Below are positions 1 to 13,407 of a stretch of DNA of 64,000 bases, in pieces; position 1 is the stretch's first letter, and every line of letters begins with the position of its first letter. Made by a program: the position numbers and the translations under genes. The notes beneath the pieces are model-generated. The model made no database searches, was not told the origin of the DNA, and saw nothing but the letters and a program-made list of their open reading frames with translations. This DNA is from Paraspadella gotoi (Eukaryota > Animalia > Chaetognatha): contig CM119263.1 in assembly GCA_051294375.1 (NCBI GenBank), positions 3,113,394 to 3,177,393 on the forward strand, given 5' to 3'.

Positions 1-160
1 CGGCGGCGTCGGAAGCGGCGCTGTCGGGGGCAGCGGCGGCGGAGGTGGAATCTTGATTGGCGTTTTCTTTCTCATCCGTTTTGTCGCTTCGATCTTTGGC
101 GGCGACGGCGTCTGTATGAGGAAGTAGAAATTGGATCGTCGAGTAGAGAGAGAGAGAGAG

Positions 161-241
<81 letters not shown>

Positions 242-1786
242 CAGCCCTCACCCTCATCGGCGTCGTCGTTGCCATCCGGCGTCTTCTCGGCAACCGACGC
301 CGCTTCGTCCGTCAAAGATGAGACTTGACCGGACGAAGGATCCGTTGCTTCGCCGATTTCCTTCTCCCTCTCTTCTCCTTTCTTTCCTTTCTCCTCCACC
401 TCCTCTTCTCTCTCTCTCCTCTCTTCCTCCTCCTCATCTCTCTCCTTCCTCTCCTCCTCTTCCTCCTCGAGATTCGGCGAAGGAGTCGAAGAGGATTCAG
501 GCGGATCTGAGGAGGTGAAGAAGAAAAGGAAGAGGAAGAAAAGGAGGAGGAAGGAGAGAAGGGAAAATTAGAGGAGGAAGAGGAAGATGAAGTGGAGGAA
601 AACGAATATGAGGAGGAAGAGGAGGAGGAGGAGGAAAAGGAATATGAGGAGGAAGAAGAAGAAAAAGAAGAGGAGGAAAAACAGGAGGAAGAAGAGAAGG
701 GAAAATTAGAGGAGGAAGAGGAAGATGAAGTGGAGGAAAACGAATATGAGGAGAAAGAGGAGGAGGAGAAGGAGGAAAAGGAATATGAGGAAGAAGAAGA
801 AGAAGAAGAAGAAGAAGAAGAAGAAGAAGAAGAGGAGAAAGAAGAGGAGGGGGAAGATGAAAAGGAGGAGGAAGAGGAAAAGGAATATGAGGAGGAAAAA
901 GAAAAAGAAGAGGAGGAGGAAAGAGAGGAGGGGGAAGAAGAGGAGGAAGAGGAAAAAGAAGTGGAGGAGGAAGAGGAAAACGAATATGAGGAGGAAGAGG
1001 AGGAGGAGAAAAGGGAGGAAGAGGAAGAGGAAAACGATCATGAGGAGAAAGAAGAAGAGAAGGAAGAAGAAGAGGAGGAGAAGGAAGGGTAGAGAGATTG
1101 AAAGAGAACTTGGTCTTCAGCTCAACGACTTTAATGAAATGTTAAATTAATGGTTGGTCATCTGTCCGTCTGTCAGTTGGTCAGCGAAATTCTATTTAAT
1201 GCACATTCATCAGTTTATATTGCGGTCATGAGACTGAACAGTGGCCTATGCATGTTAATCGCTTTTAAATTTCTTTTGCGAGTCAAAATATCATATTACG
1301 AGACAAAATATCACTTCGCAAGTTAAAATTCCCTTTTTCAAGTAAATATGTCACTTCGCAAGTTAACAAATCACTTTCGCAAGTGAACATATCATTTTGC
1401 CAAATAAAATTCCTCTTCCAAGTTAAAATAATATTTGACAAATCCAATTTATGATCCTGACCCAATACGTGATCTTCCTCCGCTTCGTCGCGAGCGAATC
1501 TCTCCGAGAAAAGCATCTCACCTCTGTTCGTCTCTTCGTCAGTGAGACTCACCTGAGAGAGAAAAAGGAGAGTTTTCTTGACCTTACCTCAATTTTCCTT
1601 TCCTCACCCGCTCGATTCATCTCCCTCCCTCACCTGGTACGCGGATTCGGCAAAATGAAGCGAGCATTCATCTGCGGCTGAAGAATTTGGTGAGGATCTG
1701 TGGACATGTGTGTTGTCGTGTGTGTGTGTGAGAGATGAAGGAGATGAGAGAGCGAGAGATGAGAGAGAGAGAGAGAGAGAGAGATA

Positions 1787-1818
<32 letters not shown>

Positions 1819-4090
1819 TAAGATTTCCTTGATTCGATAGAAACTTTCACGATCGATTTCGGTTCTAATTTCTCTTCGATTCGTTTTTTCTTCTTTTCGA
1901 TTTCGGTTCTAATTTTTTTTTTACTTCCCTTTTTTTCCTCAGGCCCACATTACACAACAATGTTCGATACAAACATACAACTTGTTATAAACTCTTCTTT
2001 AAAACATTCTCCGACCTACTTCTCATTCTGACCGAGATTTGACAGTGACTTATTTTTCCTCTCATCTCATCACTTTGCCTGAATCTCGCCCTTTCTTTCC
2101 TTTTATTCCCTTTCCTTTCCTCCCACTCCCTCTCCTCTCTCTCTTTTTCTACATTTTCTTTCTTTCGTCCCTCTCCATCTCCCCTCCCTCCCTCTCCCCC
2201 TCCCTCTCTCACTCCCTTCCTCCCTTCCTCTCTCTCTCCCTCTCTCCTTCCCTTCCTCCCTCCTTCTCTCCCTCTCCTCACTCCCTCTCCTCCCTCTTTC
2301 CCTCTCTCCCTCCCCCCTCCCTTCCTCACCTGGACACCAATGAGGATGTGCTCACGTTGGGTTCGTTCAGTCTCCTGTCTCTCGGGCTTCGGCCGTCGAT
2401 CCTTCCTTCGCCCGCCGCGTCCTTTCCTGCTCCGCCGCCGCCGCCGCCGACGCCGCTGCTGCTCCGCCCCTCGTTCCTGCTGTTGCATCGACTTTCGTCG
2501 CTGCTGCCGTCGTTCTTTCCGCCGTCGACGCCGCCGCCGCCGCCGCCGCAGACGACGCCGACGACTCTGTCAATCCCGTCGCGTCCGTCTCCGCCTCCGG
2601 GGGTCAGAGTCTTATTTTCCTCGACTTCGTCCGCCATCTTGGTTTCTCCTCCTCCTCCTCCTCCTCCACCTCCTCCTCCTCTTCCTCTTCCTCTTCGTTC
2701 AAATTGAGAAGAAGAAGCTAAAACGAAGGCAAAGAATTAGATGAGTTTATCACCTGTGGGCTACTTGCTCATTGTGATCACCTCCTATCTGTCCTTAATC
2801 CCATTCACTTCATTGGATCATCTACAGGCGAATTGGATCATCTCCAGTGTCTCTAATCCCATTCACTTCATTGGATCATCTACAGGCTGATTGCATCACC
2901 CTAATCCAATTCATTTTTTATCTAAACATCTCCTGGCTGCTTGATAACCCTAATTTTTTTACTGACATTCGCTCACCTTTTCTTCAAATCTCTTTTCTAT
3001 TTCTTTAATAATTTAATATTTTAACCAAATTATCTCGCAGATTTAATCTTCTCTCTCCATTGACTAAACTGCCTTCAAAATTGTCGAAGATTAATTTGTG
3101 AATCATCTCAAATGAGATTCAGTTATTCAATCGCATTTGCATATTGTCGTGTTTTAAATGACTTGAAATTAAATTTATATTCTAATACCTTAAAGGTTTT
3201 ATATTTCTATTTTAAATTTTCAAATTAATTACGCGATCCAATCTTCGTTATCAAAGCAATGGGTCCGTCAATTAATAAGTCAAACCTCATTACTCAACTC
3301 TATCGATTATCCTTACCCATTGGGTAAGGATAATCGATAATACCCAACTCCCCTCTACTTCCCACCCGAAACCTTTCCTCACCATCGTTCAAATAATCGT
3401 CGTCGTCGCCGGCCCCCGCCTCGCCGCCTTCCCGCCCTTTGGAGGCGTCGAGTTCTGGAATCGATCGCGAGGCGGCGTTGTCGTCGCGCGGCGTCAGCAG
3501 CGACGACGCCGCCAGATTCTCGGCGCTCCTGAAGTCGGTCGTCGACGAATATCATTAGCCATATTTTCCGAAAGCGCCCCATTTCCGCTTAGGTTAAAGA
3601 TTAAGTTAGAGGTTTAGTGTTTAGTTTATGGATTCGGTATGGGGATTGGGGATTAAGGATTAAGGTTGGGGATTAAGGTAAGGGATTAAGGTAAAATATT
3701 ATGAATTACTTTTTCTTTTATATTTTATTTGCTTCTTTTATTTCCTATTTCCTTCTCTCTTTCTATCTCTTCCTCCCATCTCCTTATTTCTTCCACCCTC
3801 TCCCCCCCCCCTCTATCCGAACCTCAACGTCTTGACGGAGAGGTCCACATCCGGCGCGCAGTCTCCGAAACCGGCGTCGCGGCGTCGATCGGCCCGACTT
3901 CGCCGGAATTCGATGACGGCGCCGAAATCTTCGACGAGCGAAACTTCGCTGAGGGCGAAATCGAGATCGAGGCTGCGTCCCTCGGAGAGATCCTCCTCCG
4001 AAGCGCTTCGTGGGGGGGGGGCGGTGGGGTAATGGGGTTTCTTTCTGACCGTTTATATTCATTTTCATTTTTAGCATTTGTTTGTTTTGT

Positions 4091-4133
<43 letters not shown>

Positions 4134-4147
4134 TTTTTTATTTATAT

Positions 4148-4182
<35 letters not shown>

Positions 4183-4338
4183 TTTCTTATTTATTTATTT
4201 ATTTATTTTATTTATTTATTTATTTATTCTGTTTTCAACTTATTTTTTTTATTCTTTTTTTGATGGTCTTCTTTCTTTTATTTATTATTTTTGTTATTCT
4301 CTCCTTCATTCCTTTTACTCTTTTTTTCCTTTTTCTTC

Positions 4339-4377
<39 letters not shown>

Positions 4378-4677
4378 AATCTCAATGAGGCCACTCCTCA
4401 ATCTCAATGCCCAAAAGCGTCCAATCCTTCAGAGTTTCTGTCTCCATTTTCTAATCTCAACAACATTTTTCTTCTTTATTTTTTATTTTCTTTTTTTAAT
4501 TTATTTTTCTTTTTTTTCGTCTTTTCTTATTAATTTTATTCTCCCTTTACATAGATATTTCTATCCCTCTCTCTTTCTCTCTTTTACTTTCTTTTTCTTT
4601 TTCTTTTTCTTTCATTCCTCCCAGAGATGTGGACGCNNNNNNNNNNCCACATCTCTGATTCCTCCAATTCAAAATTC

Positions 4678-4765
<88 letters not shown>

Positions 4766-5282
4766 TCCCAATTCAAAATATTCTCTCTCTCTGTCTCTCT
4801 CTCTCTCCCCCTCTTTCCCTTTCTCTCTTTCTCCCTCTGCTTTTCCGTTTTCTTTTCTTGATTTATCGAGTTCGTGTTCAAAACGAAAAATTGAAAAAAA
4901 TAAAATGTCATTTCCTTTTCTTCACAACGAGATTGAAATTTTAGGAAATTCGATCGGACAGAAAAAAACTTAAAAAAAAAAAATAACATCGTTCTCTCGA
5001 CATCTGATGTTATTTTTTTATTCTTTTATTCTTTATTTCTTAGAAAAAAAACTTTCTCCTCCTCCTCCTCCACCTCCTCCTCCTCCTTACCCAAGAAACG
5101 GTTCCTCATTCTTGCTCTCCTTCGCTCCTCTCGTTCTTCCTCCTTCTTCCTTCCTTTCCTCTTTCCTCGCTTCCTGCCTTTCCTTCTCCTTTTCTCCCAG
5201 TTTTCCTTCTTTCTCTTCTTTCCTTCCTCCGCTTTTCGCTCCTCTCTCGTTGACTTTGGAAAATGTGAAAAGAAGAGGGGAC

Positions 5283-5353
<71 letters not shown>

Positions 5354-8096
5354 TTAACGCGCGGCGATTAATTTTAAACTTTTCCGCCTTAAAATTAGCC
5401 GGATGTCATTAGCGGAGATGAAAGGAGAAACTCAGGAGAACGGCGACATAAAAAGGAGTGAAAATTAAGAAAAATGTTGGGTAAGATTGGGTAAGATTGG
5501 GTTAGTTTGGGTCAGCTTTTCATTAGTCTGAAAATTTTAAATTTACTCCGAGTCGAGCCTATGATGGTCGATATCATTTTGACTCATCTTCGTCATCGTC
5601 GTCATCGTCGTCATCATCGTCGTCGTCGTTTTCGTCGTCCTCATCGTCGTCGCGGCCCGACTGCAGATGGCGATGATCGCGCTTCTCGTTTTGAATAACA
5701 AAAGACTCAGTGTGTGACGCTCTCGGAATGGCGGGGGTTTTCAGTCGGCGGCGTCGGCAGCGACATTGCCGTCCCAACTCTTCGCGCCCCGGGACGAATA
5801 CTGGGGGACTGAGTCCTGTCATTGACGTTCCTTGCAACGACGACGACGACGACGACGACGACGACCACGTTTTTAAATTTCTTTCCTTTTCTTTTTCCTT
5901 CTTTTTTTCCTTTTTTTTTCTCCCTTTTTTGTTTCTTTTTTGTTTCTTTTTTTGTTTCTATTTTTGTTTCTTTTTCGCTTCTCATCTTTCAAATGAATCA
6001 CAATTCTTTGTATTCCAATCCTTCTTTCTAATTTATTCAAAATCTCCGTTTATAAAATAATCTTTTTTTTTCCCCTCAGTTTAACTAAAATGACGCGAAA
6101 AAAACCGAAACTCTTACGCCCCCTGGATCTTTGGTTAAAGATGAAACCGGGCGGTCTGCCCTTTCCGCCCCCCCCACCCCTGGTATTCACCCCCCCATCC
6201 ACCGGCCTGTATCCCCCCACCCGCCGCCAACCCTGGGGGCATCGAAGCGAGAAAGGCGACGGACCGTTAACCCTTGACGATTAACTGGTCACGGTTGGAA
6301 TGACCTTTTTATTTTTAATTCATGAAAAAAACATACAAATATAAGTTTGATAATTATTTTAATCTTCAGCTTCTATCAGACGTTTATATACATTTGTACA
6401 AATGAATAATTAATATAACATAATATACTAATAACTTGTTTCACTTTCACTATCTTCTAAATTTATTATTAATAATATTCTTTATATTTTTTTATATTTT
6501 TTAATTAACATTGTACAACGGGTCCTACCGTGATTAAGATCTGCAGCGCAAATTATGCAAATTGGCGTAACGGCGAACGAAGATCCATAAATCGACTCAT
6601 TCCGAACTGAGGCGGCCGTGTCAAGAAGAAGAGGGGAAGGCAGTTGAGATAGAGTTGGCGATAGATTTTGAGTTCTCATTATCGAGGCATTGGGGAAAGA
6701 AATAGACTAGAAATAGCTGAGATCCATTGTTCATTTTAGACCCCATGGTAGGCCGTGTCAAAGCTCGAATAGTATCACCATTCAAAGGAGCCTCCTTAGG
6801 TGTAACAACAACCAAAGGAGCCTCCTTAGGTGTATCACCACTCAAAGGAGCCTCCTTAGGTGTATCACCACTCAAAGGAACCTCCTTAGGTGTATCACCA
6901 CTCAAAGGAGCCTCCTTAGGTGTATCACCACTCAAAGCAGCCTCCTTAGGTGTATCACCACTCAAAGGAGCCTCCTTAGGTGTATCACCACTCAAAGCAG
7001 CCTCCTTAGGTGTATCACCACTCAAAGGAGCCTCCTTAGGTGTATCACCACTCAAAGCAGCCTCCTTAGGTGTATCACCACTCAAAGCAGCCTCCTTAGG
7101 TGTATCACCACTCAAAGGAGTTGTTCCCGAGTGCGTTTTAAATTCAAGAGGTGGTGGACCTGGTGGTGTCGTCATCTGTGCCGCAGCATCGAGGGCCATT
7201 GTGGGAAGAGATAATGGGCTCCTCGCTTAAAGAGGGAAAGAGATTCATCACAACCAAACGTCATTTCGAGTCAAAGTTAAATCCGACTATTCCGACCCGG
7301 GGCCATTCCGACACGGGGCCTTTCCGACACGGGCCATTCCGATCAAGTCCATCCCGACCCGGGCCATTCTGATCCTCGGCCATTCAGACACGGGCGATTC
7401 CGACCCGGACCATCAAGAACAGGCAATCCCGACCAGGCAATCCCGACCGGGCAATCCAGACCGGGCGATTAATTGAGCGCAGTTAGCGTTCAAAACGTGA
7501 CGTGAATTGCGAAACGACGAACGGCGTGTAATTAGTTTTAGACGCGCGACATCGACCGTGGAATCGAATGTGTAGCCCGCGTGGCATCAAGCATCTAGCA
7601 TGGCATCCAACATGGCATAAAAGGTGGCATCTAGCGTGGCATCGAGCGGGACATCAAGCGCTGAATTTAGCGAGAGTGGTTGTGGTTCCACTTTGAAATA
7701 TTTCGTGTCGTTTGAGACGTCAATGGTTCAATACTCAATCCCGAGGTGCGGGAGAAAGCGAGTTGAAATAAACGAATCAAATTACTGTATAATTATAATT
7801 ACAATCTTGTATGATTATCACCGACGACGACGACGACGACGACGACGAAAAAGACTTGCGCGGTTTTTCTTCGCCAACGTAGACCAACAAACAAAAGACG
7901 TAAAAGAAAACAAAGGATGAAGCAATAACGAGGAATTATTGCGGACGTGCCTGGCGACAACGACCTCTGGGGACAACGAAGCGGACATACAGACAGAAAG
8001 AGAGACAGACGGACAGACAGACAATCGTAGCCAGTCGGAAAAGGGAAGACTTATGAGGAAAGCGTCGACGCTGACGACGAAATTACGACAGAGGGG

Positions 8097-8183
<87 letters not shown>

Positions 8184-8307
8184 ATCGACGACCTTCTTAC
8201 GACGAATTATGGTCAATAACCGAAACTACTAAGGCGTAAGACTGCGTTTGTCGATTGAAATGGGAAAAAGAGAGTAGAAAGAGAGAGAGAGAGAGAGAGA
8301 AGAGAGA

Positions 8308-8378
<71 letters not shown>

Positions 8379-9824
8379 AAGGGAACCTAAGCGAAAATGA
8401 ATGAATAAAGAAAGACATTTGAATTCGATGAAGCAGAAAAACAAAAATGCAAAAAAAAAAAGAAAGAAAAAATTTGCGAAAAAACCGAAAAAAAAAAAAC
8501 CCAAAAAAAATGATTCGAAAAAGAAGAAGAAATAAGAGAGAGATAGAGATAGAGATGATGAGAAAAGGTAGGAATGGGAGAAGGAGGAATAGAAAGAAAG
8601 AAAAGGGAGTAAAAGAGAAAACGAGAAATCGAGAGAAAGGAAATTAATAAATCTCAAAAAGGGAAAGAAATAACATGATGGAGAAAAAAGGAAAAGAGAG
8701 GAAATATAGAAAAAGAAGGAAAGGGAAGGAAAGAAAGATAGAGGAGGAAAGGAAAAAAGGTATAGGAGGAAAGGAAAGAAAGGGAGAGGAGGAAAGGAAA
8801 GCAAGATAGTGGAGGAAAGTGAAAAAATGAGAAGAGGAAAGAAAAGCAAGGAAAGGGAGGAAAGGAAAAAAAGAAGAGGAGGAAAGGAAAGAAAGATATA
8901 AGAGGAAAGGAATGAAAGGTATAGGATGAAAGGAAAGCAAGGGAAGGGAGGAAAGGAAAGAAAGTGAGAGGAGGAAAAAAAAAGGAGAAGAGGAAAGGAA
9001 AGCAAGAGAAGGGAGGAAAGGAAAGCAAGGGGAAGAAAAGGAAAAAAGGAAGAGGAGGAAAGGAAAGAAAGCAAGGATGAAAAGGGAAAATAATTTAGAC
9101 GCGAATCTCTTTACCTTCATTCGATCGTTTCTCAGAATCTTTTTTCTTCGCCACCGAATTCGTCGTCGTCTTCGTCGTCGTCGTTTTTGTCGTCGTCGTT
9201 TTCGCCGGCGGCTGCTGCTTATGCGACGGCTGAGGCGGCCGCGGCGGCGGGGACGGAGTTACTTCGTCGTCGAAGTTGTTGGCGGAAGACGTCGCTGAGA
9301 GCGACTCTTCTTGCTCCTCTTGGATTCGCTCCAGTTTAGGAATTTGGGAGGCGAACCTGGAAGAATGAATGAATGACTTAAGGAATGAATGAATAAATGA
9401 ATGAGTACGTGAATGGATAAGTCATTGAGCTAGGATATGTGATGCAATAAAAAAAATTGTCAGGATCATAAAACGCAACAGAAATTGAGATCAAAACGAA
9501 TAAGTTAAGAGAAAAATCCTTTCCATTTAATTTTTATGTTAGCCTTATTTTTATCCGGGAAAGTGAAATTTAAAATATTTCTTGATATCGAGAAATGCAA
9601 AACTCGTCATTAGTAACGTCGCTTCAAAGTTAAATATTTTGAAAATTAGACTTTCTATGTATTAATAAGTGAGTCATCTGAGCGAATTTTAATTTAACTA
9701 TTGCGTCATAATATATAATATATAATTAAACGAAGAAATATAAAATGAGTATAATAATACTTAAGAATCTCGCGTATCTCCTCCCTCGACCCATTTTCCT
9801 TCTCCCCAAATCTCGCACCTTCTG

Positions 9825-9894
<70 letters not shown>

Positions 9895-12282
9895 GTTCTC
9901 TTCTCTCTCTCTCTTCTTTCTCTTGTCTCTTTTTCGAAAACACAATCTATTTTGTCCGAAAGATAATTGGCAGCGATACGAAAGGATCAGTGGAGTTTTT
10001 CCCTTCGGGGATGCCANNNNNNNNNNNNNNNNNNNNNNNNNNNNNNNNNNNNNNNNNNNNNNNNNNNNNNNNNNNNNNNNNNNNNNNNNNNNNNNNNNNN
10101 NNNNNNNNNNNNNNNNNNNNNNNNNNNNNNNNNNNNNNNNNNNNNNNNNNNNNNNNNNNNNNNNNNNNNNNNNNNNNNNNNNNNNNNNNNNNNNNNNNNN
10201 NNNNNNNNNNNNNNNNNNNNNNNNNNNNNNNNNNNNNNNNNNNNNNNNNNNNNNNNNNNNNNNNNNNNNNNNNNNNNNNNNNNNNNNNNNNNNNNNNNNN
10301 NNNNNNNNNNNNNNNNNNNNNNNNNNNNNNNNNNNNNNNNNNNNNNNNNNNNNNNNNNNNNNNNNNNNNNNNNNNNNNNNNNNNNNNNNNNNNNNNNNNN
10401 NNNNNNNNNNNNNNNNNNNNNNNNNNNNNNNNNNNNNNNNNNNNNNNNNNNNNNNNNNNNNNNNNAGAGATAGGAAGAGAGAGAGAGATAGGAAGAGAGC
10501 CAAATGGGGACGAGACAAAAAAGAAAGAAGCGCCAATGAAAGAGATAAAAAGATTAATTAAGAAAAGAAAAAAATCAAAGTTACGAAGAGAAGAATTTTC
10601 AACGGAAAAAGTTCCAGACTTGGATTCACTTCGCACTCACCTCGACTGTAAAACGAACTTACCCAAATCCTACACGCAATCCTTCTTACCTCTCTTAAAC
10701 CTATTGAGATTGAATTCGTTAATCTTATAGTACGATAAGTATCTAAAGTAAAATATCATACTAAGATCTCAAAATAATTTTAAGTTATAAACAATACTAA
10801 AAAATATACAAAACTAAAAAATAAACCACATTTAAAGGCAGAGTACAAACTTGTGATAAATAGCATAATTTACAACAACATGCAAATAATAAAAACGAAT
10901 TTTATCTAAATAGGTATTACACCAAAAAAAAAACCCTTCTTGGCCAATCACCCCAGATCCAGCCCAAGCCCCTTCTCCCACCTCGGAAATGACTTGGCCT
11001 CCAACAGCGCCATCTCTTGAGCGTCAAATTCGTCCAACGTCTCCGTCAAATCCGACGCCGGCGACGACGCGGCGCCGCCAACGCCGGTGACGCCGTCGTT
11101 CAGAATTGCCACCTGCGGACGGAAGAGGACGTCGTTGTTGTTGTTGCCTTCGTCGTCGTCGCTTTCAGTGATCTAATCCGGAAACCGTCGTTATGACAAC
11201 CAACAACCGTCGTCATGACAACCAACAACCGTCGTCATGACAACCAACAGCCGCTTTATCGAGTTTTACGCCAGACGAAACTTTTTGTTTGTTTATCGAC
11301 GCGAAAATAGAAAGAAAAAAAAAACATTTTAGTTTCTCTTTCGTCGAAAGAAAAAAATAATAAAAACCTTTTTTTCTTTTTTGCTAAAGAAAAAAAAAAC
11401 TTAAGTCGTCTTTTCTAATAAAAACAAATCCTTTTTCTCATCTGGAAGTAGAAGGGGGGGAGAGAGAGGGGAGAGAGATGGGAGAGATGAAGAGGGGGGA
11501 GGAGAGAGGAGCAGGGAGAGGAGAAGGCGGTAGAGAGAGGAGGGGGGTTGAGAGACGAGACGGGAGAAAGAGAGTTGAGAGGGGAGAGAGAGGGGCGAGA
11601 GAGAGGGGGGAGAGAGAACGGGGGAGGCGCATCGGTTGATTATAATTTTGTTGTTATCAGTCCGTCTGTCTTTTCGGTCCGTCTGTTGTGATTCCTTAAC
11701 TTCCGTCTGATAACGATTTCCCAACGAAATGATATTTTGATAATATGATATTACTGCGCTGATGTTATTCATCGGTAAAATCGTTATCATGATCGTCGTA
11801 ATATCATCATCATCATCATATTCATTATTATCTCCATCACCATCATCATCATCATCATCATCATCTCCATCACCATCATCAACATCATCCTCATCATCAT
11901 CATCACCTCGTCAATAGCGACGCCGTCGTCGAAGAATCTCGCGGCGTCGCCACCTTCCGGCGTCACGAGTCCGTGAGGCGACGCCGGCGGAGAAGTGAGG
12001 GAGGAAGACTCCTCCTCAACTGGGAGAGATGGAGGAGAGAGAGGGAGAGGGGGAGGAGGAGAGAGGGGAGGGGAAAGAGAGGGAGAGGGGGAGAGAGGTT
12101 GAGGGAGAGACAGAGGAGAAAAGAGAGGGAGAGGGGGAGAGAGGGAGGGAGGAAGGAAGCAGAGAGAGGGGAAGATTGAAGAGGGAGAAGAAGAGACGAA
12201 AATGAGAGAGTTGGGAAAGAGAGGGAGGGAGAGGATGGAGAGGGAAGATTTTTCAAAAGGTAAGAGTTATAATGATGTAAAG

Positions 12283-12345
<63 letters not shown>

Positions 12346-13236
12346 CTTACGCCTTTTATCGCCCAGACGCGTGAGTTTGATTGCCTCATCGTTCACCTTT
12401 CACCGTCGCCTCCTTCTCCTTCTCTCTTCCGTGAATCTTTTCTTTCACTCACTTTTACTTTTTCTTTCACTTTTTCTTTCACTCACTTTTACTTTTTCTT
12501 TCACTTTTTCTTTCACTCACTTTTACTTTTTCTTTCACTTTTTCTTTCACTCACTTTTACTTTTTCTTTCACTTTTTCTTTCACTCACTTTTACTTTTTC
12601 TTTCACTTTTTCTTTCACTCACTTTTACTTTTTCTTTCACTTTTTCTTTCACTCACTTTTACTTTTTCTTTCACTTTTTCTTTCACTTTTTCTTTTACTC
12701 ATTTTTACTTTTTATTTTACCTTTTCTTTCAATTTTTCTTTTACCTACTTTTACTTTTTCTTTCACTTTTTCTTTCAATTTTTATTTCTCTCAATTTTAC
12801 TTTCTCTCTCACTTTTTCTTTCACTCACTTTAACTTTTTCTTTTACTTTTTCTTTTACTTATTTTTCCTATCCTCTTTTTTTTAATAAGTATTTTTTAAT
12901 TTTCCTAATGAGCTTATATTCTTTTTTTTACGTTCTTTTCTCTTAATACTCTTAATTTTCTTTTTTTTTCTGAACAAAATCTTCAATTAATATTTTTTTT
13001 CTTTTCCCTTTTTCTCCTTTTAACGTTTCGTCCCATGTTTTCCTAATCACGTTTTAAATAATTAAAAGAAGAATTCTATCTTTTTACTTCATTTTCCTTT
13101 TCCTTCTTCCACTTTTTCCTAGTTTCCTTTCCATTTTTTCCTTCCTCCACTTTTTACTCCTTTTTGCTTTCCCTCCATTTTTTTTTCTTTCGCTACACTC
13201 GCGTTAATTACCGCAAATTAAAGTAATTTGCCTCCA

Positions 13237-13269
<33 letters not shown>

Positions 13270-13366
13270 GAATTAAAAGAGAATCAAAGAAGGAAAAAAT
13301 CAACTTAAGAAAAAAAAGTAAATTAGGAAAAAAAAGAAAACAAACCAAAAAAAAAGAAAAAGAGTG

Positions 13367-13407
<41 letters not shown>

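Noticed and set aside
592-1150. Poly-Glu, poly-Lys/Arg and poly-Phe ORFs
   Set aside because: Three overlapping frames are open only because of the purine-rich repeat; no splice context, and it lies in an intron of the minus-strand gene.
6770-7120. CRISPR-like appearance of regular 30-bp repeats
   Set aside because: Head-to-tail units with no unique spacers, no cas genes, eukaryotic context.
6727-7230. Plus-strand ORF (GASLGVSPLK)n
   Set aside because: Antisense shadow of the 30-bp repeat; only the minus frame joins a phase-compatible exon chain.
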